A stretch of 62,276 bases of DNA, the filler included, from Stramenopiles sp. TOSAG23-2 (taxonomy: Eukaryota): NCBI GenBank assembly GCA_900128395.1. It is 25 parts of 25 records of this genome, joined end to end, with 100 filler letters (N's around TTAATTAATTAA, not from the genome) between each part and the next. Parts side by side here need not be neighbours in the genome. Positions count along the whole stretch, not along the records: positions 10,037 to 12,443 come from LT651770.1; positions 12,544 to 14,950 come from LT651771.1; positions 15,051 to 17,454 come from LT651772.1; positions 17,555 to 19,956 come from LT651773.1; positions 20,057 to 22,457 come from LT651774.1; 20 more parts are not named here. One strand, written 5' to 3'. Within the stretch, counting starts at the first letter, position 1. The number at the start of each line of letters is the position of its first letter. Below are positions 10,405-20,725 of this stretch, piece by piece. The notes under the pieces are model-generated. The model did not search any database. It saw nothing but the letters and a program-made list of their open reading frames with translations, and was not told the origin of the DNA. The position numbers and the translations under genes are program-made.

Positions 10405-11943
10405 ATGAATAAGAACAGCGATGACGGTGGTTTAAAAGATATTGAGTTAACAGACAAGATTCCTGCTCATCGTAACTCTTGGGATAAAAATCAGAAACAT
10501 GGATTGGCGAAGAATGTAAACGTGAAAAATAACGACGATAGAAGGTTGTCGCGTTGGTTTGTATCGCATCAAAAGCGACAAGAATGGGATGCAAAAAAAT
10601 TAAATTATTTGCATATTATTATTATTATATTAATGGTGATCGTATATGTATGCCATGTCCTCGCAAGTCCATTTATAAAGTTCACTACCAATGATATATT
10701 TATTCTGATTATTAGAATCGTCGAGATATTATGTTTAGTTATTGCTATATTGTGTTGGGCGAAATTGTCTCACCTTAACGGTAGCTGGACAGCAACAAAA
10801 ATGATGTTTACCACCAAAGAAAGTGTCAATACATACATATACATATTTTGGATTGCTCGCTCGTTTGCCACTGAAATTTTGAAAGGTCAACTAGTCTATA
10901 GCTTCGTACACGTATTCCATTCGGTTCTTATTTATTCAACAGATACATGGTATTTATGCAATCGAAAGACACTGATCGTAAATATTTTGATGCTGTTAGT
11001 AATGATAATATATGAATTTTTTGTTTCTATCTCCCCAGTTGCGCCAAGGGAGCCATCTTGGACATTTTTAAATGTTTTAGTGACTGGAAATAGCATTTCG
11101 AGGACAAATTTATTCAACTTGATGGTTATTTTTCTTGAGGCTTTTATAGTTGTTACTATGGATAAAAAGCGATCTAAATACGTTATGCTCTACAAAGTAT
11201 TGAGAAGGAATGTGTTTGAAATGCCAATAAAGACTAGAAAGATGGTAAAACGACTTTGGATCATTATGGCCACAGTTAACACTGCCGGGGTAGCGTTCTT
11301 TTTATCAAATTATTTTTTAAAGTATAACGATATTTTATATAATCTTGTTTTAGGATTTATGATGGCGCCAAACATTATGATATATTGTATGATTGTAAAA
11401 TATTCTGGAAATAAAGTTGGATTTATCCTTTGCAATCTAATAAAGGAAGTAAATGTTGTGTTTGTGTTAATACTTCTAGCAATGCTTTTTTATATAGATA
11501 ATATTGTCACAGGATGGTCTGCCCCAGGTGTCCTTTTTCCAATCATGATATGTGCTTATATATCGTTCGATGTAATTGGCGGATACTTTCCTAAACGATT
11601 ATCCCAAGTCATGCTTATTCTTACTTGTTTGTTACTGTGTTGGAATATATTTTCCAACACTTTTTTAAAAACAGATTGCGATGTATATATGCTGAAGTGG
11701 GGAATATTTGGCGAGACGATCAGCTATTGCACTATTAAAAGGTTAATTTATCAAAGCATTATGTCATTAATGATTCCAGCTTATATTGCAACAGTCACCG
11801 GACAAATAGAAAACTTATTTTTTTGCAATGGCAACTTATACCGATCAAGCGGGACAACTAACCGGGAAGTTGTGAATGAGGAATATGTCGGATGTATGGA
11901 AATTGAAAGAAGTAAAAGTAGAATTACAATCGTAAATATGTGA
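10405..11943 (+). CDS. Multi-pass membrane protein of unknown function with apparent internal duplication
   Basis: Long ORF (544 aa from 10309; the ATG at 10405 follows an A-run like other starts here). About 12 hydrophobic segments in two similar halves. Family not recognised. Confidence 0.7.
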   Translation: MNKNSDDGGLKDIELTDKIPAHRNSWDKNQKHGLAKNVNVKNNDDRRLSRWFVSHQKRQEWDAKKLNYLHIIIIILMVIVYVCHVLASPFIKFTTNDIFILIIRIVEILCLVIAILCWAKLSHLNGSWTATKMMFTTKESVNTYIYIFWIARSFATEILKGQLVYSFVHVFHSVLIYSTDTWYLCNRKTLIVNILMLLVMIIYEFFVSISPVAPREPSWTFLNVLVTGNSISRTNLFNLMVIFLEAFIVVTMDKKRSKYVMLYKVLRRNVFEMPIKTRKMVKRLWIIMATVNTAGVAFFLSNYFLKYNDILYNLVLGFMMAPNIMIYCMIVKYSGNKVGFILCNLIKEVNVVFVLILLAMLFYIDNIVTGWSAPGVLFPIMICAYISFDVIGGYFPKRLSQVMLILTCLLLCWNIFSNTFLKTDCDVYMLKWGIFGETISYCTIKRLIYQSIMSLMIPAYIATVTGQIENLFFCNGNLYRSSGTTNREVVNEEYVGCMEIERSKSRITIVNM

Positions 11944-12543
11944 AAAAAAAATATAATTTGCTATGTGTGTGTTAAAAAATCTCAAAAAAATATTGTATTC
12001 TTAGACTATACCTGGCTGGCTGGTATATATCGTTTTCTAAAATGCCAATTTTATTTTTCATATAATTGCAGTTGCAATTAGAATAATAAATATTTTTGTA
12101 AAAATAGCAAATATCATTTTTATACCCCAGAAACCATCATTATCTTATTTTCGTAAAACTTTATTTAACATACAAATACTATTATATAATACTACCCTGG
12201 CACAACGATAATAATATGTATTTTTATTATCCGTCTAACCTGGCTAACCCGCCAGAATATTAAATATAAATAAACCCCATCGTTGCTTGATGAATATATG
12301 TATACAGTATATATATACGAATCGTATTATATATATATTAGAATGTTTATACTTATAAAACGGAATATTAGAACATAGATACTTATATAAAAAAAAAGAG
12401 AAAGAAAAGGAAGGAAAAGAAGAAAAATTTAGCGTGTTTTGCANNNNNNNNNNNNNNNNNNNNNNNNNNNNNNNNNNNNNNNNNNNNTTAATTAATTAAN
12501 NNNNNNNNNNNNNNNNNNNNNNNNNNNNNNNNNNNNNNNNNNN

Positions 12544-13077
12544 CATATAACAAAACATCATGGACCAACAAATAAAAAATTAAGAGTCCATTTGCCTTTG
12601 ATTGTTCCAAATGACGATGATGATGGGACTAATAAAGATGGAGATACCGATACTACTACTAAAAGCAATAAGAAATCATGTCGATTACGTGTTGGTGATG
12701 ATATAATTAACGTAACTGAAGGTAAATGTTATATATTTGATGATTCATTGGAACATGAAGCATGGAATGATCATTCAAATCAAGCACGTATTGTATTAAT
12801 TTTCGATATTTGGCATCCAGATTTAACGAAAAAAGAAATTAAATTCTTATCTTTTTTAAGGAAAGCAGAAATGAAATTGGAAAAGAAATTATGTGAATTA
12901 GCTGCAGCAAATGATCATAACTTAAGAAAGGATGATGGTGATAGCAATAATAATAATAAAAGTTCGATAGAAGAGGAAAATAAAGCAAATGAAAATTTTT
13001 TTCAAATATTAGAAAAAGCACGAGATTTAAAAATTGAACCGTCTGATTTATGGGGTGTTCATGACTCTGCAAAATAA
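12544..13077 (+). CDS. Aspartyl/asparaginyl beta-hydroxylase-domain (2OG-Fe) protein, 3' part
   Basis: Frame is open from the contig start: HITKHHGPTNKKLRVHLPLIVP..EGKCYIFDDSLEHEAWN..RIVLIFDIWHPDL, the Asp_Arg_Hydrox signature. Confidence 0.9.
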   Translation, partial: HITKHHGPTNKKLRVHLPLIVPNDDDDGTNKDGDTDTTTKSNKKSCRLRVGDDIINVTEGKCYIFDDSLEHEAWNDHSNQARIVLIFDIWHPDLTKKEIKFLSFLRKAEMKLEKKLCELAAANDHNLRKDDGDSNNNNKSSIEEENKANENFFQILEKARDLKIEPSDLWGVHDSAK

Positions 13078-13649
13078 TATCAATATACTGGATACATATA
13101 TTATGTTTTATTAATATTATAATAACCGATTTTTATAAAAATACTTTTGTAATAAAATATGATAAGCACATAATGTCCGTGTGAGTAAGAGAGTATATTA
13201 TATTATATATTTATATTTGATATGTTATTATACGTCGTTTTGTAATTTTAAGTACTGCTGTACAGTAGTTGTTCTTATAGGTGGTGCTCGGTTGCCGGCA
13301 AACGTTTTGTTTTTAAGGGAAATATACCAGGTAATGCAGAAATGCCTGATGGAATGCTTACAAATACTGTACTAGGCGTACAGTATTACTAGTCTAATAC
13401 GTACGGCGTATAATACGAAATGACGACAGTATATTATACTTTAGCACTTTATAAAAGTAGGGCCAAAAATATTAATAATACTTTGGTAAAAATTTATATA
13501 TATATAAAAAAAACCAGCCTCCTTGGTATGATACATTTTTTTAAAATATATTAAAAACTCTTTTTTCTTTATTGAACGCACATATCTTAAATAGTTTTTA
13601 CGATCTTATATATGTGTTAAATATTTTGCATTTTTATGAGATATGCGTG

Positions 13650-14714
13650 TTATAATAATTTTTCCGTCTCGTCATCAGTTCCATTTTCTAAACTTCTCAG
13701 ATGTGGATACGTATAAGTATCCTTTACTTTAAACCATGATAGTGCAATTAATTCAAGTAATGCAGCAATTATACCTAAACCTAAAAAAGACCACACTGGC
13801 AAAAATATTAATCCCGCTGTAGAACTTGGAACAAAATCACCTAAACCTACTGTAGTTGTTGTCACAATACAAAAGTAAAATGATTCTAATAATGTCCATT
13901 TTTTTGCTATTTCCGTGAAATGAAAGACAATTGTACCAAGTACAGTGTGTACAATAGACAAAGTTATAATAAATCGATATTTGAATTGTTCATCAGATTC
14001 ACCAAACTTTGTAATATGTAATTCCTTACAAGCTGCACGAAATTCATCGTAATCGACCAAGCCATTTGAGTCTTTATCAAATATTTTCCACTTTTCCTCC
14101 ATTTCATCTAAATTCAATTTGAACCCAACTTCATTTAATGCTTCATGTAACTCCGTCTTGTCCAATGTCCCATTATGGTCTGTATCGAATTTTTCAAACG
14201 CGGCTTTTGATTTTGCATTATTAGGAAGTAAATATTCTGTACACCAATCTAATATTTCTTCCGCGACGCTGGCAAACACATACAAAGAGAAAGGCACTGT
14301 AAGTATGGTATATAATGTGGTAAAGAATTGACCGGCTGGAGTTATTGGACAAATTGCACCATAACCAATTGTAGTAACAATTGTATATGCTAAAACCCAC
14401 ATTCTACCATATACATACGAGCTACCGATTTGATCTTCACTAGGATCACCAAGCTCATCAATCATTTTCTCATATGCTTTTGGTGGTAAATCCTTTTTCA
14501 ATTCTTTGAACATAGCAACTTTTTCCGCCTTTGCTTTAACCATCGCTGGCCACTCCATTGCCTGATATATGCCTGCACCAACAGATATTAATATAAGCCA
14601 AATTCCAAGGAAGAATAAATGTTTACTATGTGGGTTGGCCATAATACTTTGATAACATGATAGTTGGCCATTCCCGTTTTTCTTTCTCTTTAGCATTGGC
14701 TTGGAGGTCTCCAT
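13650..14714 (-). CDS. Two-pore-domain potassium channel (K2P/TPK-like) with two EF-hands
   Basis: Selectivity filters TTIGYG and TTVGLG; 4 TM segments; EF loops DTDHNGTLDKTE and DKDSNGLVDYDE. First ATG at 14714 (the ORF track starts at TTG 14804). Confidence 0.9.
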   Translation of the reverse strand: METSKPMLKRKKNGNGQLSCYQSIMANPHSKHLFFLGIWLILISVGAGIYQAMEWPAMVKAKAEKVAMFKELKKDLPPKAYEKMIDELGDPSEDQIGSSYVYGRMWVLAYTIVTTIGYGAICPITPAGQFFTTLYTILTVPFSLYVFASVAEEILDWCTEYLLPNNAKSKAAFEKFDTDHNGTLDKTELHEALNEVGFKLNLDEMEEKWKIFDKDSNGLVDYDEFRAACKELHITKFGESDEQFKYRFIITLSIVHTVLGTIVFHFTEIAKKWTLLESFYFCIVTTTTVGLGDFVPSSTAGLIFLPVWSFLGLGIIAALLELIALSWFKVKDTYTYPHLRSLENGTDDETEKLL

Positions 14715-15855
14715 AATGTATGTATTTTGTAATGCTGGTTGTAATCTTTTATTTATAGAACTTTTGCAGTTGTTTACACAATAATAACAATTTACTCTCT
14801 GCAATTTAGGTATATATATTAATCTTGTATAGTTTGGATCTTTTTATTGAGGAGGTTATTAAATGCAGTCCTGGCGTCCTGGCAGTGTTATAATAATAAT
14901 AATAAAAGTAGACTACCAGACTACTATTATATTTAATAGATGATATTATTNNNNNNNNNNNNNNNNNNNNNNNNNNNNNNNNNNNNNNNNNNNNTTAATT
15001 AATTAANNNNNNNNNNNNNNNNNNNNNNNNNNNNNNNNNNNNNNNNNNNNTGCTGTTGTTGTTGCTGTGGGATCTCAGACACGATACCTTTAAATTCTTC
15101 TTGAAATTCTTTTAAAAGCGCATCTACCCCAGATCGTTCGGGCACCGATGGTAATGATTGACGGACAAAGTCAACTTCTTTATACATTTCTACGCAATGC
15201 GATAATGCTTCTCTTAAATTTGCAAGTGATGCACGATATGCTTCAGCTGGTTTTGATAAGCGTAAAGCTCCTACAGCTAAATTTTCATTGGAATCCCCGT
15301 TACTCTGTTTGAAACTTTTACTACTTTCACGTCGTTTAGGTGAAGCTGATGATTTAGGTGGTTGCAATGCTGATTTTATCTTGACACCCTCAGTTTCTTC
15401 CATTTTCTTGATTGGGGAGGACACTTTAACTTCAATAGTTGGTTTATTATTAGTACCTGAACTTGATACTTTTTGACGACCTTCGTCATCAGCAATGGTA
15501 ACAGAGTTTTTCAAATCTTTCTCTTCTACGCCATCCAATATTGAAGTCACATCAACCGATGTATCTACAGATAAATCAACAACAGATATATCGGTTGATA
15601 TATCAGTAGTTGCAACAACTACTTTTTCTACCATTTCCTCCGGCTTCTTCTGAATAATTTTAGCTGCATCAACTTTTCGCATTTCACTTTTCGCGTCATT
15701 TTTACCTTTCTCTTGCACAACGGGGAGTATACCCAACGCACTTAATCTAGCCCTCATATCTGCAACAGCTGCACTTGCTTCTTCCCCGCGTTGCCGTAAT
15801 GCTAATGCGCGTCTTTCTTCTGCAAGACTACGTGTGTTTATTGGCCGTGGTGGTG

Positions 15856-16077
15856 AATCAACAAAAAGAAGATCAAAAGCAAAACAATAATATTAATAAT
15901 GATGCAGACGGAGAAGAAGATTCAGAATCAGAAGAAGAGTCATCATCATCAGAAGATGAAAATGAATTACAAATGTTATTAAGTCTAGCGAAAAAACTGA
16001 ATAAAAAAAAGAAAAGAAAGAAGATGTTGCGTTCCTCAGGTAAATTAAAAAGACGAAGTGCTAGCCATAATGTGTAA
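15856..16077 (+). CDS. 3' end of an acidic/basic low-complexity protein (mirror copy at 16428-16649, minus strand)
   Basis: NQQKEDQKQNNN..EEDSESEEESSSSEDENELQMLLSLAKKLNKKKKRKK..* followed by an AT-rich 3' flank. No credible 5' end. Confidence 0.45.
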   Translation, partial: NQQKEDQKQNNNINNDADGEEDSESEEESSSSEDENELQMLLSLAKKLNKKKKRKKMLRSSGKLKRRSASHNV

Positions 16078-16645
16078 AATAAAAGAAAAAGTGTACAGTA
16101 AAAGAAATTTATATAAATACTCGTATATGAGTTAGAGAATATAATATATACGGGGGGTATATTATATATATATTCTCGGGGGATAAAAATAAATATGTTT
16201 ATCAAACTATTATATCATAATATGCATATTATAATAATATATATCATATATATATATATGATATATATTATTATAATATGCATATTATGATATAATAGTT
16301 TGATAAACATATTTATTTTTATCCCCCGAGAATATATATATAATATACCCCCCGTATATATTATATTCTCTAACTCATATACGAGTATTTATATAAATTT
16401 CTTTTACTGTACACTTTTTCTTTTATTTTACACATTATGGCTAGCACTTCGTCTTTTTAATTTACCTGAGGAACGCAACATCTTCTTTCTTTTCTTTTTT
16501 TTATTCAGTTTTTTCGCTAGACTTAATAACATTTGTAATTCATTTTCATCTTCTGATGATGATGACTCTTCTTCTGATTCTGAATCTTCTTCTCCGTCTG
16601 CATCATTATTAATATTATTGTTTTGCTTTTGATCTTCTTTTTGTT

Positions 16646-17454
16646 GATTCACCACCACGGCCAATAAACACACGTAGTCTTGCAGAAGAAAGACGCGCAT
16701 TAGCATTACGGCAACGCGGGGAAGAAGCAAGTGCAGCTGTTGCAGATATGAGGGCTAGATTAAGTGCATTGGGTATACTCCCCGTTGTGCAAGAGAAAGG
16801 TAAAAACGACGCGAAAAGTGAAATGCGAAAAGTTGATGCAGCTCAAATTATTCAGAAGAAGCCGGAGGAAATGGTAGAAAAAGTAGTTGTTGCAACTACT
16901 GATATATCAACCGATATATCTGTTGTTGATTTATCTGTAGATACATCGGTTGATGTGACTTCAATATTGGATGGCGTAGAAGAGAAAGATTTGAAAAACT
17001 CTGTTACCATTGCTGATGACGAAGGTCGTCAAAAAGTATCAAGTTCAGGTACTAATAATAAACCAACTATTGAAGTTAAAGTGTCCTCCCCAATCAAGAA
17101 AATGGAAGAAACTGAGGGTGTCAAGATAAAATCAGCATTGCAACCACCTAAATCATCAGCTTCACCTAAACGACGTGAAAGTAGTAAAAGTTTCAAACAG
17201 AGTAACGGAGATTCCAATGAAAATTTAGCTGTAGGAGCTTTACGCTTATCAAAACCAGCTGAAGCATATCGTGCATCACTTGCAAATTTAAGAGAAGCAT
17301 TATCGCATTGCGTAGAAATGTATAAAGAAGTTGACTTTGTCCGTCAATCATTACCATCGGTGCCCGAACGATCTGGGGTAGATGCGCTTTTAAAAGAATT
17401 TCAAGAAGAATTTAAAGGTATCGTGTCTGAGATCCCACAGCAACAACAACAGCA
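16646..17454 (+). CDS. Partial protein; C-terminal helix region resembles the WDR62/MAPKBP1 C-terminal coiled coil (mirror copy at 15051-15859, minus strand)
   Basis: Open frame DSPPRPINTRSLAEERR..DMRARLSALGIL..low complexity..YRASLANLREALSHCVEMYKEV..ERSGVDALLKEFQEEF, similar by eye to the MAPKBP1 C-terminus. Coding is likely; the identity is tentative. Confidence 0.45.
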
Positions 17455-17578
17455 NNNNNNNNNNNNNNNNNNNNNNNNNNNNNNNNNNNNNNNNNNNNTT
17501 AATTAATTAANNNNNNNNNNNNNNNNNNNNNNNNNNNNNNNNNNNNNNNNNNNNTGAAAGTTTCATATTTCCTACCCC

Positions 17579-17942
17579 CTACCCCCGCCGACTACGCGAC
17601 CCCGAGAATAATAAATAATCCAATCCAAAAAATAATAATAATATATATTTACATGAAGCGTTTTATAATGTACAAATGGGTATATACTTGTTTCTGTTCA
17701 AAACTAGAACTTTGTTTAGTATAGCGAATCATATATATATATAAAAATAATTATTTAAATTGATCTACCCCCGCCGACTACGCGACCCCGAGAATCCAAT
17801 CCAAAAAATAATAATAATATATATTTACATGAAGCGTTTTATAATGTACAAATGGGTATATACTTGTTTCTGTTCAAAACTAGAACTTTGTTTAGTATAG
17901 CGAATCATATATATATATTTAAAAATAATTATTTAAATTGAT
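17579..17942. repeat. Imperfect tandem duplication (about 180-186 bp x2)
   Basis: Copies at 17579-17764 and 17765-17942 both start CTACCCCCGCCGACTACGCGACCCCGAGAAT and differ by small indels. Confidence 0.9.
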
Positions 17943-17953
17943 TGGTGTGTGAA

Positions 17954-18746
17954 ATGACGTCAATTGTATCCCTTTCAACACCTTTGCCGAAGAATAAGAA
18001 TAATATACCATCATTTTCATCTTCACCAACAGCTATTAAAATATCTGACGGTTCACCATGTCAAATTATAAGAAAAGATGATATATGTTATTTAATAAAA
18101 GCTGATAATGGAAAGGAAGAATTTGTATTTGAAGATGAAATCAAAATAATTGAAAGCCCGAGCCAATCATCAAATCTTCAATCACCAGCATCTATTAGTG
18201 ATGATAACGATAATAATGATAATAATAATAATAATAATACGAAAGAGGTTGGTCCTGAAAAAGATAATATTGTAGATAATGTTGTAGAACAAGATGAAAA
18301 TAGGACATATATTGAATCTGTATATAATGGAGGAACTTTTGGTGTAATTAATAAAACAATTTTAGACCAATGGAATACTAGTGATATGAATAATGTTACA
18401 AGAAAGAAGAGTAATAAGAAGATAAGTACTCCAGTGGGTAGTTTCAAAAATGTTGAAAAGCCCAATGATAATAATAATAATAATATACAAGAAAGCAACG
18501 ACGATAAAAAAAGTAGCATTAGAAAGAACATTAATAAGGAGGAGGGGATAAAGAAGAAGAAGAAGAAAAAGAAAAAGAAGAATATAAATAGTAATATGTT
18601 CTTACCTCCAAAATGTGGACCAAAATCTTATAAAAACGATATGATATTAACAAATTATAATGTGGAAAAGCTAAAAGTAACTAAGAGATCACCTCCCCGT
18701 TTAAGAAGGCGAACGGATACTGAAAATAGTATTGACCTTGAGAAAG

Positions 18747-18809
<63 letters not shown>

Positions 18810-18817
18810 TAATATAA
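17954..18817 (+). CDS. Hypothetical low-complexity (Asn/Lys-rich) protein
   Basis: About 287-aa ORF from ATG 17954 with poly-N and poly-K tracts. It ends in an (AAT)n run, so the 3' end is uncertain. Confidence 0.5.
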
Positions 18818-18921
18818 TCAAATTAAGAATAACATTTGTTTTTTTTTAATAAACTATAATACTATAGATAATAGATTTAATAATAATAATAATAATAATA
18901 ATAGGAACAATATAGTAAACA

Positions 18922-19473
18922 ATGGTAAAACATCAAATACGTTTAAGAAAGTTAGGTAAAAGTACAAAGCACAGAAAAGCTATGTTACGAAATATGGTAA
19001 CATCGTTGATACACCATGAACGCATTGAAACTACTGTACCAAAAGCAAAAGAATTAAGACGAGTTGCAGAAAATATGGTACAATTAGCAAAACGTGGTGA
19101 TATGCATGCAAAGCGACAAGCAAATGCTTATGTACGTGATCATATTGCTTTACATAAATTATGGTCAGTTATTGGACCAAACTATGTTGATAGAAATGGT
19201 GGATATACAAGAATATTAAAAACAAGGAATCGACGTGGCGATAATGCCCCTATGGCGTATATTGAATTTGTTGACCGCGAAGATGAATTAAGACCAGCTA
19301 AAAGACCATGGGATCCAAATTGGAGAGCAGCAAATAATACAACATCGACATTTACTGATGCAACAATTATTGATGTGCCAATAAAAGAATATAATGTAAT
19401 TGAAGAAGAGGCTATGAAACAAGGTGTTGAATTAAAAGGAGATGGAAATGACGAAGTTGATGATAAAAAATGA
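18922..19473 (+). CDS. MRPL17: Ribosomal protein bL17 (nucleus-encoded, probably mitochondrial)
   Basis: [65 protein letters not shown] is the L17 signature, with an acidic C-terminal extension. Confidence 0.95.
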   Translation: MVKHQIRLRKLGKSTKHRKAMLRNMVTSLIHHERIETTVPKAKELRRVAENMVQLAKRGDMHAKRQANAYVRDHIALHKLWSVIGPNYVDRNGGYTRILKTRNRRGDNAPMAYIEFVDREDELRPAKRPWDPNWRAANNTTSTFTDATIIDVPIKEYNVIEEEAMKQGVELKGDGNDEVDDKK

Positions 19474-19956
19474 AAAAGAATATGAAGCGTGTATATAAAT
19501 ATATAAATAATAATATATATATATATACGGTAAAGAGTACCGAATAAAAAAAATACGGTGGAGTGTAATATAATATATAATGACGAAGTTGATGATAAAA
19601 AATGAAAAAGAATATGAAGCGTGTATATAAATATATAAATAATAATATATATATATACGGTAAAGAGTACCGAATAAAAAAAATACGGTGGAGTGTAATA
19701 TAATATATAATATACGAATATATACTTCGTACGTAATATGCACACTCGTAAAAACTTTTTGTAATACAGATCATCAGGCATCACAGGTTCCTTCTGGTAG
19801 ATTTCAGGCATGAGTTCCTTCTGGGGTATTTTTGTATTTTTACCGAATAAAAAAAATACGGTGGAGTGTAATATAATATATAATATACGAATATATATAT
19901 CATACTTCGTACGTAATATGCACACTCGTAAAAACTTTTTGTAATACAGATCATCA
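19447..19956. repeat. Nested direct duplications of the bL17 3' end and flank
   Basis: About 132-bp unit at 19447-19578 repeated from 19579 (includes the stop codon). About 110 bp from 19668 is repeated again at 19841-19956. Confidence 0.9.
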
Positions 19957-20056
19957 NNNNNNNNNNNNNNNNNNNNNNNNNNNNNNNNNNNNNNNNNNNN
20001 TTAATTAATTAANNNNNNNNNNNNNNNNNNNNNNNNNNNNNNNNNNNNNNNNNNNN

Positions 20057-20105
20057 TTAACATACAGGAGGTACATTTACATTATATAATTACTACAATG
20101 GAAAG
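20057..20105 (+). repeat. 49-bp element, inverted copy at 22210-22258
   Basis: TTAACATACAGGAGGTACATTTACATTATATAATTACTACAATGGAAAG is the exact reverse complement of 22210-22258. Confidence 0.92.
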
Positions 20106-20152
20106 GCAACATATATAGATGATAAAAACAATAACAAAACAAAACAAAGACG

Positions 20153-20725
20153 ATGGCGGGAATAGCAAGCAAAAGTAATGCGATAGAAATGGCAGAGACA
20201 ATACAAGAAAATAATGTGGAACCAGGGGATGTATCGTATGAGCAAATATTGTATATGTATGATATGGCAAAAAAAGAATTAGATATTAGACGTATTGAAA
20301 ATAGAAAACAAAAAATATTAATAGCAAATTTACAAAGTACCATTGCAGGGCATGATCATGCATGGGATATAAGAGAAGGGGAATTGCGTGAGAAATTCAT
20401 ACGTGAAAGTAGACGTTTGAAGAAAGGTTTGGAGCAAAATAAGGAAGAGAATGTAGAATTAAAAAAGTCCGTTAAAGAAAAAGATGAATTATTAAATAAA
20501 TATTTAAGTGATAATAATAATTTAAAAAATGAAAATTCAAAGTTACAAATGTCGAATAAAAATGTTACTGGGAGACATAGAAAAGAAATAATTGAATTAA
20601 AACGACAACATGAAGAGGATATACGTAAAACAAAGATTGATCTTGCACGTGCAGTGAAAATCAAAATTAATTCATTGGAAGTAAAACATAAACAAGAATT
20701 ATTTGTAGCTTCGAAACATGGTTGA
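20153..20725 (+). CDS. Hypothetical coiled-coil protein
   Basis: 190-aa ORF, ATG preceded by an A-rich leader, E/K/L heptad pattern throughout. Confidence 0.65.
   Translation: MAGIASKSNAIEMAETIQENNVEPGDVSYEQILYMYDMAKKELDIRRIENRKQKILIANLQSTIAGHDHAWDIREGELREKFIRESRRLKKGLEQNKEENVELKKSVKEKDELLNKYLSDNNNLKNENSKLQMSNKNVTGRHRKEIIELKRQHEEDIRKTKIDLARAVKIKINSLEVKHKQELFVASKHG

Larger units (their letters stand above)
15051..17454. repeat. Whole-contig inverted repeat (2 x 1202 bp, no spacer) centred on an (AT)n tract
   Basis: Arms are reverse complements about position 16252/16253 (CATATATATATATATG). At least four mismatches: 15296/17209, 15661/16844, 15698/16807, 15737/16768. Confidence 0.97.

Noticed and set aside
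14999-17506. Two pairs of paralogous genes (252-aa and 100-aa ORFs listed twice)
   Set aside because: They are mirror images produced by the palindromic contig, most likely the same locus seen twice.
18748-18812. (AAT)n, (AT)n and (GT)n microsatellites as special features
   Set aside because: Common throughout this AT-rich genome, including poly-Asn coding tracts; nothing distinguishes them.
19182-19925. 247-aa minus-strand ORF and overlapping ORFs
   Set aside because: Antisense to bL17 and running through duplicated AT-rich flank; Y/I/F-rich composition typical of spurious frames.
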